Shown here one piece after another: positions 1 to 14,600 of a DNA stretch of 64,000 nt (positions are counted from its first letter, which is position 1; every line of letters starts with the position of its first letter). The notes beneath the pieces are model-generated. The model had not been told where the DNA came from. It saw only the letters and a list, made by a program, of their open reading frames with translations, and ran no database searches. The stretch is from Auanema rhodensis. Lineage: Eukaryota; Animalia; Nematoda. The stretch lies in the NCBI GenBank assembly GCA_964057225.1, contig OZ059896.1:6882001-6946000 (forward strand). Direction: 5' to 3'. The position numbers and the translations under genes are program-made.

Positions 1-808
1 TACCTACTCTGCTTATCCCAGCTGTCTCCTTTTCCTTGTCTCTTTCATGCTCTATCTTTCGTCTTCTTTTCCCTTCCTGTCTCTCTTTCTCCCTCTATCT
101 TTTCTCTTCTCTTTTCATCTTTCTATTACTAGATATCCATCCTTATCTCTTGTTCCTTTGGGCTTTGCTAGCGGTTGCCATTCTGCCTATCATCAAACGA
201 ACGAGAAATCGTTGTTCATGATGTGAAATAATTGAAGACATTGTCTCGAATGAGAGAAAATCTGTAAGATAGTGAAAGGGTATTGAGCAGCAAACGAGGG
301 GGAGGAGTGGGGGAGGCAGTTCAACATCAATTTGTTCAATTTTCAAAAAAAAAGAAAAAAAATTCCTTTCTCATGTTTTGAAAAGTTAACTATACTTTTT
401 CCTATAGGCTAACAGGGTACATAAACAGTATATCATATGATTTGAAAAATATTAATTATATAACGAGGATTTATGCTTTATACATCTGTTCTCATGCACC
501 ATCATTGAGTTGTACTTGAATATCAACTGATGAGCAATATCATCTATGAACTCCATGCTTGTTGCTAATTTCATTAAATTTCAAAGAAAGTTTATCACTT
601 GTCTACTTATTATTAATGTACTTTTGTTTTCTCTTTTTCTCTGTATCTCTTATATTCATTTGATATTTTTTATTCTGTTTCTTCGTTTTACTGCTCTCAA
701 CAGAAAACAGGCGACCAGTTCACAACATGACGTGATATTCTGGAAGACAGAATAGTATGTTGTGACAAAGTAGCTTGACGATGAGAGAGATAAAGATGTC
801 TGTGTGTG

Positions 809-811
<3 letters not shown>

Positions 812-847
<36 letters not shown>
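812..847. repeat. (GA)n microsatellite
   Basis: About 18 uninterrupted GA units. Confidence 0.95.
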
Positions 848-857
<10 letters not shown>

Positions 858-1201
858 AGGAGAATGAGAACGAAGTATAAGATCTCTATGATTATGAGAA
901 GAAGCTTCAGATAGATCTTGCTTGTTCGTTGTCTCATCTCAAATTCAAGATAAGATGAGTGAGGAATGATGAAAAAACTGGAAGTGAACAATCAACTCTT
1001 AAGTGGGTAAAGACAATTGAACACCTCCATATAACAAAGTAAAATGTGATACATAGATGATTCATATCCTAATATTTATGTACATGTTATATAAATATTA
1101 AAAAAATATATAATATAATAAAGAATTATGAGAATATTGTTCTGAACATCTCCATGGTTTCAAGCTTCAAGATATGCTTCACAATTGGTACTATTATCTC
1201 T

Positions 1202-1207
<6 letters not shown>

Positions 1208-1235
<28 letters not shown>
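1208..1235. repeat. (CT)n microsatellite
   Basis: 14 CT units. Confidence 0.9.
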
Positions 1236-1239
<4 letters not shown>

Positions 1240-2278
1240 GAAATTTCTCTCTTTATTTCTCTCCAAATATATTTCTTATTCACTCTTATATGTTCATCTT
1301 TGTATTTCTTTCTTTCTTATCTGTCTCTTCATATTAAGATCATGCTCTTTGGTTTCAAACGTTATTCCAACAAGATATATTAATCTATATTGATTATAAT
1401 TTTATTTTCATTTATAGAATAATTATACATATTCATATATTTAAAAAACAAAAAAAAAATACAAAAAGATCATGAAGTTTTAAGAAAAATACTACAATAC
1501 TATCTGTTTGTCTAAAGATAATTGGATGCGGGAGCAGTGAGAGAAATGTGTTCGAAAATTTTTTTTTGTAATTTTCTGACGTACAGCTTGACCAAAATTC
1601 AATTAAACTATTTATTTACTTCATCTAAACTGAAACGATATCATGACATTAAGATTTATTATTGAAATGTAAGCTGAAATTTAAAAAAAAAAAGATTTTT
1701 TTCTTATAATTTTCATAAAAATCTTCTTATTAATTTATATTTCAAATAATTTAAATAAATGTAATAATCGATAGATTAACAATCTTTTTCTTGTTTTTCG
1801 TTTAGAAAGATTAATAAAAGTATAGAACATTTTAAGTTTTTGATGATGAAAGCTGATGCTTCTCAAATATTTTACTTGTACATTCATTCCTGACGATTTT
1901 TTTGTGTGAAAAAGAGCAAGTTTAAAAACAGGAGGGATAACTCATATCACTTCTGAACTGCGTAACCTTAGATACTTTCTTATCTTCCCTCTCTCTTTCT
2001 CTCTCTCTCTCTCTTCCTGCTACTTCTAACAAACCATTTTCTTCGTTTGTGATCTTTCAATTTTTTTCTATTCCTAACTTACTAGTTCATCTTCTTATCA
2101 CAATGAATATATTTCTAAGTTAAAACACAATGGAAAAGTATTTGAGATCAGTTGAATGTCAACCTATTCTAACAGCCGCGATGCTTGACAACTTAACTAC
2201 AATATTTCAAAGTGCATTTTATATAGTTGAAATGATAGAATCTGAATATATCTTAGAAGTTCAGCTTAGTGTATTGAG

Positions 2279-2284
<6 letters not shown>

Positions 2285-2313
<29 letters not shown>
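2285..2313. repeat. (AG)n microsatellite
   Basis: About 14 AG units. Confidence 0.9.
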
Positions 2314-2316
<3 letters not shown>

Positions 2317-2667
2317 GTGACAATGAGAAAAGAAGATGGTGAATGATGCCATTGAGATGATCATCACATCTGTTATATCACATCTTTGCTTGAAATTGAA
2401 AGAACATGCTTAAACTTATATATAAAATTGAATAAATTAGCATAAAATATATGAAAACTTGTAAAAATTAATTTAATTGTCTGTTTTATCATAAAAATAG
2501 ATATTAAAAATATTAATTTAAAACTGAAAATAAATAGTTTCTGATTTGTTCTATTGACTTTTCCCACATGTTTTTCTATAAAACCTTTTGAAAAAGTTGG
2601 TTTCAAGTTTTAGGTTCATAATGCTAAATTAATTTTTATATAAATCAAATGTATTTTATTACTTTAG

Positions 2668-5600
2668 GAGCCTAATGCAGGTGATGGAGGAGCATACAAA
2701 TGTACAGCAAAAAATCAATTTGGAGAATCCAATGCGAATATTAATTTGAATTTTGCTGGTAAAATTTGAAATATAATCATATTAAGTGAATAATATAATT
2801 AAAGGTGGCGGTGGCGATGAAGGGCGTAGTAGAGGACCTTCGTTCGTTAGTAAGCCAAGAATTATTCCACGAGATGGAGGTGCATTGATTGTTATGGAAT
2901 GTAAAGTTAAAAGTTCTACAACACCTACAGCAAAGTAAATATTTAATTGATTGACGGTGATTCAATTAAACTTTTGTTTAGATGGATGAAGGATGGAACT
3001 CCATTAAGCATGGGAGGTTTATATCATGCTATTTTCACTGATTTAGGTGATCAAACATATCTTTGTCAATTGGAAATTCGTGTATGTTCTAATTTCTATT
3101 TAATTTCTTTTTCGTTATAATTAAGTTTTTAAATTATATTTATTATAATTAATATTCTAGGGACCATCTACTGGTGATGCTGGTAACTACAGATGTACTA
3201 TCCGTAACGATCAAGGTGAAACAAATGCTAATTTGGCATTAAATTTTGAAGAGCCAGATCCAAATGAAAGAATGGTGACTACAGATGTTTCTTTTATAGT
3301 TTTTCTTAATTTTTAAAATTTAGTCTCGACGTTCTCCATCTGTGAATCGTAAAGATGCTACCAGTCCACGACCACCTTCTCGAGGACCTGGTTCAAGACC
3401 AGGAAGTCCAAAGAAAAACATGAAATCGCGTGAAGGAACTCCTAAGCGTAATTTGAAAACCAGAGAAGGCTCTCCTAGTGGAAAGCGATCGATGAGGTTT
3501 TATAGTCACTTCTTTTGATTTTAGTACTATTTTCATAAAACAGGTCCCGAACATCGACGCCAACACAGGACGTTGACGCTGGAAAAAATACTCTTGCTCC
3601 AGAAGATGCCATATCTGGCGATTCATCAAGACGAAGTAGCCGAACAGATAAAATGGATACAGATTCTGGTATATTCTTCATTTCACCTCGGTACATATGG
3701 CTCTATTCAATTTAGTAACGTCTAAGAGAAAACCAGACGGACTACCTCCCGCACCAGGTGCGGGAGATGAGAAAAAGCTTCGAGGAGCCAGCCCTGCTCT
3801 TGGTGGAGCACATGGTGAACGTCTTCGATCCCCAGCGCCCCCATCCGCTGGTTCAAGCGCAAGAGACAAGTATACTAGGCCACCAATTGTCATGGAATCA
3901 GTGAAATCACAGGTAATCTAAAGAGAAACCAGAAGGAAATACATAAAAACTTTTATAGTTAGTTAGTATTATATTAAAAATAATTGTAAGATGAAATGAA
4001 ATAAGTTTAGTATGAGAATAATTCTGATCAAAAGAAAATGGGATTAAGAGAGATGTTGGAAGAAATTTTAAATGTGTTTTACTACAAAAAACATCTGGAT
4101 TAGTAAACATCAGTGATGTATATATTAGAAAAAATGATTTTCCTATTGCTATAGCGAAATATATTTTTAAGATTTGAGAATAAAAATGTTTTAAAACCAA
4201 ATGAATGAATAGGAAAAAGGTGGGGGAGGGGAGGATGAGGGATGAAGATGAGTAAAATAATGTTTTAAATACTCAAATAATACATATATATATATTAGAT
4301 AATTAAAAAATAATAATAAATTGAAATTAATTTAGCTTGGTAAACCTGGATCATCAGTACAATTACATGTTGAATGGCAATGTCATTCATCAACCATTAT
4401 TGAATGGTTTAAGTAATAATTATATAAAAATATAAATTATATAAAATATAATTTCAGAGATGGTTCACCATTACGTCCATCATCAGATTTATCAGCTTCA
4501 TTTGATGGAATTAATGCTTATTTAAATATTCGAAATTTAACAGAAGAATTGACTGGATTATATAAATGTCATGCAACATGTGAATATGGTGAAGGCCAAA
4601 GTTCTGCAATGGTAAAAATGGAACAAAATGGTAAATCAACTTAATTATATGAAAATTAGTTTAATTATAATATTTATTTTAATTATTTTAATGAAATTCA
4701 TTGATTTAATATTATTATTTAAGATGCTGATCTGTTTAATCATCATACCCAAACTCCTGAATTGGTTGAACCAGCCAAACCAGAAAGAAAAGCCTCTTCT
4801 TCAGCGAAAGAAAAGGAAAAAACACCACAGAGAATGAGTACTTTATCAGTAAATCAAGCTGAAGATGAAGATGAATCTAAAACACCAAAACGCAAACGAA
4901 GCAAAAGCAAGAGTCCGGTAAGCATTCAAGCTTATAACCTTTATCATAATTCACTATGATTGATGAGATATTACTTCACATCTTCAAATGTGTTGACCTA
5001 GGTCGACCAAGTGTGAAGAGTCTTTGGTTTACAACTAGTACACTCCAGTTATTCCTTATAATTTATAATGCATATAATTATATTTCAGGCACCTAGTCCC
5101 AAGGTAAGCCGAGCAGGCAGTTCTCGTCCAGATGTATGTTTTTCTTAGCTTTATTCATTTATAAGATTTTTTAATATTATTGATATTATGTGTGAATTTA
5201 AACCAAAAAAAATCTGTGAATGAGGGAGAACGAAGTAGATTTTATTCTTCAAAGTTTAAACTTTCGATGTGTCTGTTAATGGGACATCCGGTTAAAGTAG
5301 ATTCAACAATCGTTGATGTTTCGAAAATCTTGAAAATATAAAAAAGCTTTAATGGCTATTTGCCACTTGACAACAAATAAAAGTTTCTTTCCCAAAAAAA
5401 AATAAAAAACGTTTCTAGTTCTTCTGCTTCGTTTGTCTTTTTTTTGTACAAAAAATTAAAATCATTAAATAATAATAATAAATTATTTTTATTTTTATAA
5501 ATTATATTTTAGTCATCTGAAAAGGAAATTGTTAATCAATCCAGAAAAGGAAGTTACAGACAAGATGGCGATGACGTGAGTTTTAATCATTTCTAAAATA

Positions 5601-8600
5601 TATTCTTCTAATTATGTTTTAAAAAAGTTGAAAAAGCTGAAAAAGATAAATTCATGCCGTAGGTTTCAATCACTTTTGTGTGAAGTTTGATTTGATTCTT
5701 TTCTGCAAAGTCAAGTATTTTATGCAGAATATGCTATTACCTACAGAAAGAAAAATAGATTAAACTGTTGACGCCAAATGATTTCTGCTCATCGGACACA
5801 CATCAGCTAAAGAGTTCAATGAATCAGTAAAATTGCTCCATCTGGCCGTTTGGTACGGTAGTGCTTAAGCTGTTAGTGGCTGATATTGCCTGCCGTGCAA
5901 TCGTCGTTGCACGTCGACAAGGAGGAAAAGCATTACGCTGACAATGGAGATGAAGATGAAGAAGTAGAAGTGACGATGATAAAGGACAGATGGCGAATAC
6001 GTCACGAATTCGATGAACGTGCTACGAAAGTAAAACGGAAAAGCTAACAAGCAAATGAAGTATAGATACAAGAAAACTGCCGATCCGAAGAGCCCGACGT
6101 GTGATAACAAGTGTTCTGCTTCTCACACGTCTTCTGTAGACAACTCTTATCTGTCTATTGCATGTTGTTCTGATCTTCAATCTCTCGTTCAACTTCACAG
6201 AACTATCTCAGCACCCTACTCTTTTTTTGCTCTTCTCGATCTTTTTGAACAAATTTCATTTTTTTTTGCTTTTCATTTTCAATTTCACGTCCTACACAAG
6301 AGGGTGGCAATAGCTACTACTAACTTCTGATAACACTTGTGTTGGCACCATCGTGGCGTCATTTCACAAATCTCTAAATTGAAATTTCCAAAAAAAGTCA
6401 TTTAGACAATAAAACATTATAAAATAATTTCAATTATTTGATTAATTATATTATATAATTAAGAATTTTTAATTAAATTGATAATTATATAATATAAATA
6501 TTCATATTTATTTTAATTTTATCATCTATTTCATTCAATTTTATTCCAAATGTTCTTATTTTTTTAAATCATTATGTCACCTATAATGATTTGATTCAAT
6601 ATTTCTTCATTACATTATTTTTTGTATGAAATATCGTTTACAGTAAATTTCGACAGCACTTCTGCCAAATTCAGAAGTCTAACCTACCTCATGACGAACG
6701 ATGCCAACGCCATTTTATCACACATTCCTGTCCAGCAAGCAGCACAATGCTACTAAAAATGACTCAAAAGTTCGAGCATTTTCACGAAACATCGAGCGAT
6801 CCTTATCCGACAACCCTGCATCACAAGCTACTGCTTCAACCACTCCTTTGCCTTGGAGACGGCAAACCACTACCACTTACGAATCGTCTTCTAATTCCAG
6901 TACATACAATGAAGATCGGCCAGCATCTATTGCTTCAACACGATCTTGCCGTAGTTCAGACTCTGTAACTGATGGTTTAGAAGGTCTTTCTCAAATTCAT
7001 AAATTCATTTTGAGTCGAATGCCTGAAGGCATTGCAAAAGAAAAATTCTTGAGAACCTTGATTGATTTTGATACACCGTATCCGTCGAGATTGGTTCGAT
7101 CCAACAGATCGAACAAATCGCTTAACAGCAATGAATCGACGAATCGCCGCAGTTTATCGGATTCAAGCGTAAGTATCTTTCCAGAATTACAAGTTTAAAC
7201 TTCACATAGAAACGATGAATACCATGTTTAATTGTTTTTTATTGAGAGAGACTGAAATCGAAATAAGTAAAAAGATTTTCATGAAAATCGGTCTTTTCTG
7301 TTATACGATTTCTTCTGATTTTGCAACTTTTTCTCAATCTCTGCTTATTATTTTACTATATTTTCGTGAATAATAACACCAATATTTGTATTTTTCTGTA
7401 ATCTTCAAAACAATTCACTTTTTTTCCAAAAAATCATAATAATACTTCACCTGCGACTTCTCTTCTATAAAATCATCAAATATTGAAGAAACATTTGATG
7501 AGAATTTAAAACGAAGGGAAACAAAAAAACATGTTATAGCCCGATGCGGGGCTCGAACCCGCGACAGCCAGATTAAGAGTCTGGTGCTCTACCGACTGAG
7601 CTAACCGGGCTGACAATGTTACAACTTTCTTGCCAAATAAAATTTTAATTGTAATTAATATCTATGGGTAATTGAAAAATATTGATAAGAAACTTGATTT
7701 CATACCAATAATTCATCATATAGTTAATAATTACAAAATAGAAAATTTCACACAAATACATAATTTTCTACGCTAATTTAATTAATATAATTTTTCATTT
7801 TGATCTCTCTTTCACTGTATTCGAAACTTGAACAATATCAACCTTATTGGCTCCTTCTGAGAAATTTTTTGAAGTTTTTAAAGTAAATTTTCATATATTT
7901 TTCGTTCGTTTAAATTTATAAATAAATAAATAAATAGAAATTAAGTAATATCAACTAAAATTTCTAAAAAATTAATATATTTTTATTAATTTCTCCAAAC
8001 TATAAAAATAAAATTCAAACTTTAAAAATAAACAAAAATAATTAGTATAAAGTTTCATATAACTATATTCTAATATTACCGTATTTTCAGTGTGTGACAG
8101 TGTTTTTTTTCTCAAAAATTTAAATAAATATATAAGTATTTATATTATATATTTATAAGTTTTTATATTAAATATTTAAGTTTTAACTTTAATAAAACTT
8201 TGCCAACCCATTCTTATGGTCTTTGGATAGTTGTGAAAGATTGAGAAAACGAGATAGAAAGGAAAGACAAATAGTGAGAGCTTTTTTCAAGACAACGTCC
8301 TTCATCTAACTGTGCTTCTCTGGCCGTCTCAGGATATTTTCTTTGTTGAACAGAATTTCATTCCTCGATCTGTTTTAAGCTTATTCACAACTTTTTCTTG
8401 ATCTTTTAAAAAAATTATCAAATAGTATGAACATTTTAATGTTAAAATCACAAATACTATATTAATGATTTTAATGTTATAGCTATTAATTCATTTTTTA
8501 AGTTCTAAAATCAGATATAATTCAATTTTGTGAATCTTATAAGCTTTATTATACAGTATATTATACTAATTATATAATATAAGTTATGTAACTGTAACAT

Positions 8601-11600
8601 TTCGAATTGTTTCTTCATGTCGAATTTTAATTTTCAAGTGGCTCGATATTCGTTTCTTTCCTTCTCAAAGATAAACCAGTTTCAAGTGAGCAACTTGAGC
8701 TCACATTATTCTTGTTTATCTGAAGAAGAAGTTACTTCTTATTTTATTAAAATTTAATATAATTATATGATATAATTAAGTTTTTTATTTTTTTTTTATT
8801 TCACAAATTAACAATATTCAGCTGATGATTAAGAGAGATAAATATAATTCATATTGCCTTGTGTACATCTTTTGAACGGAAGTACGGAACGTTCTCCAAT
8901 TCACCTATCGGTTTTCTCTCTTATACCTCTCACTCTCTCATTCTCTCTATAAATATTTTTTCTTTCTTTTTCAATATCAAAGACTGATCGGAGACGAACA
9001 GACGAAGAGGAAGAGTTCCTCTTCATAGTATGAACAAGTCAGATAGATCACATCCTGTTCATGAGTGCTTGCGTGGGTGGTCATGAAGAATCTCATTGCT
9101 TTCTTGCCGAAAATTAACAAAAATCAATATAAATACTTTTTAGCACAAATGTATTTAAAATATTTTTAATAATATTTAACTAAAATTTCTATCGTTATCT
9201 TGACTGTTTTGCTGCAAAAATCTGTGTTGCTTGCTCAAGCGGATATGATACAAGCTTGCAGCATAAGAGCCTATCATTACTCTTCTCCGTATAGTTTGCC
9301 TTCATCTCAAACTTATCACTTATCTTTAAAGCATTTTCACCTTTCATGCTCTATGAGCTATTTATAAATGCTGGTACATATGTATATAAACATATGTACA
9401 TATAGTTATTCCATTATATGACTAAATTAAGATAGCTAAGATATGGTCAAAATCTTTAATTATTTGTAATTTGACAAGTTTCACGCTATTAAAATTCATT
9501 CAAGTACTAATTGATGACTCAAATAATCTTGTTTAGTGCTCAAATCTCATTTCTTTTGCGAAATACAAGTCAAATAGATTTGTGTGGGCCGAAGATAAAG
9601 ATGAAGGAGTAACAGGAATGTCCATAGATTTTTGTAACTTAACGAGATTAGAAAATTCGAAGAAAAAAAAAGAAAGTTATAGGATGATAAGTTCTTCTTA
9701 TTGAAAAAAAGTAAAAGAAAAGGACGGAAGATTAGCCTTGAGATGAGATGATGAGATGTGTTGGGCACGACGACACTTAGCAAGTTGTCAAACAATAAGC
9801 ACAAAACGAACAGGAACATATCGATTCATCAAGTTCCGTTTCCGTTTTTCAGTATTTTACTGTATCAGTCTTGTGACTTCAACACTGTTAAGTCCAAGCG
9901 CGTCGTCAGGCTTCAAACAGATCTCAGATCTCACTCAATTCCGGTGTACAATCATCTTTCATCTTCTTTCTATCTCTACTTGAAGTAGAAGTTCTATACT
10001 CACGTGTTATTCTCGTGGCATCGAGAAGTCTATCATCTGAACGGCATAATCATCATCATCATAATCATCAGACTTTTCAGTGTTACACGTTTATTCTGTG
10101 AGATTCTTGTGATATTTCTGATTTTTAAAAATATTAAATCTCTAATTATATATATAAACAGCTTTTTTTTATAAAACAAATTATTATAAGCAATGTAAAA
10201 CATAAATAGATGCGCAATCTTGCAATCTTAACAGTAGTTATCTGCATATTTGGCTTATTCACAATCTGTTTCAGGAATCACAAGCCGACGATATCCCGTC
10301 ATCGGGTTTGACTATTCCCGAGGCACGTCGTCGGCAGCTTTTGGGAGAAGAAAGCGAAGACGAGATTACAGAGAGTATCTCAGAGTTACCATCATTTTCA
10401 GGTCCAAGAACAAGAAAGCGAACAGAGGTGAGTCAAAGCTTGAAACTCTTCATAATATAAAAAAAATAAAGAAGTAAAAGGAAATATCCTTCAATATTTG
10501 TTAAAAATTGAACCCATATCGTGATTGTCCGTCTCGAACTCTTCATGTTTTAAGGTTTTTGTCTAAAGTTTGATGCGTAATTGAAACCATTTCGCATGCA
10601 CATGTTTATTTTTGTTTTCAAACTGTTATCTATTTGTTTGTTTGTGTCTTGTTCATGTTAAGTTGGCCTTTTAGCCGCCTTCAACGGCTGAGGAAGCAAT
10701 GTATCAGAATGCTCGAAGTTTGTTAAAAAAGTCTCAAGTGTCTGATCAAGCTGATACTGACAAGTCCAAGGTTTGTCCGTTGTTACTAATGTCCGAACAA
10801 CATGTTCTACTAATATTTATTGTATAATTGTTATATGTTACAACATTTCTAGCAACCACAACTTCGCAAAGTTAAGCCACGAGAGCCGGAACCGGAGCCA
10901 AAACTGCTCTTTCAGCTCAAAAAAGTGAAAAAGGATGACCCAACTAAAAACCCATTGGAGCGTACAGATTCAGCATCTAGCGTTCGATCCACAGGCAGAC
11001 GAGATGAGCCTGCTCCACCAAATCCATTCGCTCAATTGAAAAAAGTCATCAGATCGGAAGATACATCGTTACGGGGAGGCTTAGAGAAATCGGATTCTGT
11101 CAGTAGTGTTCGATCATCAGGCGGTAGACGTGATGAGGATACAGGAATTCCAACAGTTCAACTGAAGAAAGTTGTAAAGAAGAAAGAAGTAGTCGAAGAA
11201 GCATCCCCGCTTAGCAGATCAGGATCGATAGCAGACGTTGGCGAATTCAAAATTGAAAAACGTCAGAGGACTAAATTACAAAAGTATGAACGTACTCCGG
11301 TCGAAAAGACGCAAGAGAAGAAAGAAGTTAGTGTGTTATGAATGTTTTTATAAATTTTATAGAAAAAATGGAAGGAAACTCTTAATGTTTTTCATGTTCT
11401 GTCCACGTATTCTGTCTTTTTCCTACTGTTTCACGCATGGCTTCTATATTCTATGATTATATCTATCGTTGAGAACCTTTATGAACCCTTTGTCACCCTT
11501 TTCAGGAAGTTAAACGTCAAGCAAGGCCAGGTGAAATCAGTGCTGACAGCAGAGTAAGTTAAAGCTGCAATTCAATCAATATTGATAACTCTATTGAGAT

Positions 11601-14600
11601 TAATCAAATTGATTAAAGTTTTTTTTATTTTTAAACAGCATGTTTTCATTTACATTCCTATTAACATTTCCGAGTTTCATTCGAATGTTGTGATGATTTT
11701 CATATTCTACCACTTTTGAATATTACTTTCTTCTTTTTCTACAGATAACGTGGACCGAAATCATTTACTATTTTTGCCACAAAAATTATTTTCAGTTACA
11801 TACAGACTCAAATTCTTGGATTTTTATAATTATATAGTTGGATGAGTAACATATGTTTCAGTTGAAGCCTGTACAGAAAACGAAACCTGCACAACCAGCA
11901 TTAGCTACTAAAGAAGATATCAGCGATCCCAAAGCATTATTGAAAGGCCGACAAGTCGGACGACGACAACAAGAACAAGCATTGCCTATCAACCAAGTGC
12001 AGCTGAAGCGACCTCCCAAGAAAGGAGAGAAGGAAGCTAATCCTCTTGATGCTATTAAACTCAAGAAAGTTGCACGCAATCCAGAAGACTCGGGCGCAGA
12101 TTCTGGAACAGATTCTCGTCGTGGCAGTATGTTCCAAAAAGAAGAGTTCATCCGAAGAGGATCTGTAATGGATTCTCGACGTGATTCAATCGTAAGAATC
12201 TCTAGCTCATATGAACAGTATTGTGATCATTTTGATTATATCATATAATCAACACGATATACAAGGCTGAATACAATTTTTCCTGCTCGCAATCAAAATA
12301 ATTTTCACATTTTTCCCAAATTATTAATATTCTTTGAATGTATTTGAACTAACTTTCAGATGTTTTTATATGGAATTTTCGGAATGCCTCATTTGTGTGC
12401 GTGTGTGTGTTTCTGTACTTCAACTCCATCATATCAAAGATTTAACATATACAAACAACATCTTATATAGTTTGGAATAATATTTATTGTTTGTTTTTAT
12501 TATATCTAATAGCATGAATTATCATAATTTATAATTTATATTAATCATTACATCTTTAGCGTCGTAGCAGTATTGATATGCGTCGTGAATCTGTTCAAGA
12601 AATCATGGAACGCATTTCCACACCACTTGTCCCAGCTGGTGGACCAGGAAAGCCTCCAAAGATTATTGAAGTCCCAGAAAATGTTACTGTAGTTGAAAGT
12701 AAGATGGTTTCTAATTTTTAATTGACAATTCTACAAGCATTCGGTGCTAGAATGCTTAAGTTTATCAATTTATGTTGTTCTACGAGTACTTCATGCAAGT
12801 GGTTTATCATTATCTATGTTGTATCTGCTAATATTCACTCAGTCTCTCAGTATTTTAGCTAAAGAGAGAAAACGAATATTGAAAGATAAGGGGAGGTTTT
12901 AACGGAGAGATAGGTGGGAATGAAGACATGATCTATGGCTTTTTCTTAATCCTAGCTATTGTCTACAGTTCTCTACATGTTCTTCCTACAGTTAGTTATA
13001 TCTCTCATTTGCTCTATGTCTTGCGTTCTCTCTCAGAAAATCTATTTGGTCAGTTTTTAGCAACATAACCACTTGACGCTATCATCTGGGGGTATTAATG
13101 GTGTTGATTGTTCCGTTCGTAGATCATTTTGAATGTTTCACGTTAACACATAGAAAAATCGATAAAGAGGGATTAAGCTTGAAGCATAAGTTGGAAGAAG
13201 TATCTCTTCTGTGTTCATATACTATATAATAACTTATACTATATAGTTTATATATATATATCAAAACGTATAGTTTTATTTTTTAATTTTGAACGAAAAA
13301 TATTTTTCGTTTACTCCAATGTTGATAAAGTTCAATTCGAAGAGTTGTGTGAAACGAAATCAAAAATTGAATAACATCCCTTGAAGATAAAGTTGCGGAA
13401 AACCTGTTGGTTTGAAAGAAAATTCTGCCAGTGGCAATAGATTTATAGCCAGTGGTTCATTTTTTCTTGTCCGTTGTCAATCTTTAGGTGTTACAACGCC
13501 ATTCAATGAAGTCTGTTGAAATGAAAAGAGAAATATTATATGAAATAGAGAGATATATGAGTGTGAGAGAGAAAATGAAGAAGAGGTTAAGAAGAGAAGA
13601 AAGAGAAATCCGAATGAATGAGGTTATAGCTCTATTGTATGTGTGTATGTGTGTATTCGTATGGAGAGAATCCTAAGAAAATGCCAATACACACATACAC
13701 ACATACTTCAAGTGATAGAAGAATGATAAAAGAATGTTATGAGAATGAAGATATAAGAGTAAGAGAGATAATATGTTTAACAGAGAGTCAAAGTGATAGA
13801 AATGAAAAATACTAAAATGAGCAGTGAGAGGGAGATTAACCCAAATGAAAAGCTGGGAGGTTCTCTTTCTTTCTCTCCATCGCGCTCTCTCTCTCTCTCC
13901 CTTTCTCTCTCTCTCTGTTTTGTTCTCTCTCCCTATATCACTTGAAGGACGGATCAAGGAGAATAACAATACATCAAGCAGTATATTGAAAACATGGCTA
14001 AAGCATTATGCATTATGCTCGAAAGACGTTCTTTTTCGGAAAATCATCAGATTTCAATTCAAAACTCAAATGAATCAAACAAATAAACATAATTCATTAA
14101 TGATTTTCTTATTTCATCTTATGTTATATTCTATTTTATAGATGAAACTGCTATACTACAGTGCAAGATCGAAGGAGATCCTATTCCCACTTTCCGTTGG
14201 TTCAAAGGCAACAGAGAAGTTTTAAATGGAGGAAGGTTCAAGCATATGACTGATGGAGAAAACAATACTATTTCATTGGCTTTACTGAAGTGTCGATCTC
14301 AGGTAAACAAAATCTTTTGAAGGAAGAGATAGGAAGAGAAGAATTGCTGGAATGAAAGTAATGAAAGTAGGGAATAGGAATGGGAAAATAAAGATAGAAC
14401 TGTAGTAGACTTTTCTAAATAAAAGAGATTTTGTACCATAAATGGTATACAAATTTGAGTTTTGGATAATTGATTGATGCCATTGAAGGTATTTGTCTCG
14501 TGTTGATTGAACATCATGCTCATCTGTCGACTGGACGGATGATATGTTGGCAGTCTGATGTCGAAAATCAGACAGTTGGCGGAATAAAAGAAAAAGTGAA

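Noticed and set aside
36-2606. Hydrophobic or SL-repeat ORFs at the window start
   Set aside because: Translations of GA/CT microsatellites and AT-rich intron sequence
5865-6110. GC-richer block with short ORFs on both strands (possible nested gene or terminal exon)
   Set aside because: Weak splice signals and no recognisable protein; better explained as regulatory DNA upstream of the exon at 6644
9004-9024. 9-bp hairpin GAAGAGGAA-GAG-TTCCTCTTC
   Set aside because: Too short for a pre-miRNA; expected by chance in purine/pyrimidine-tract-rich DNA
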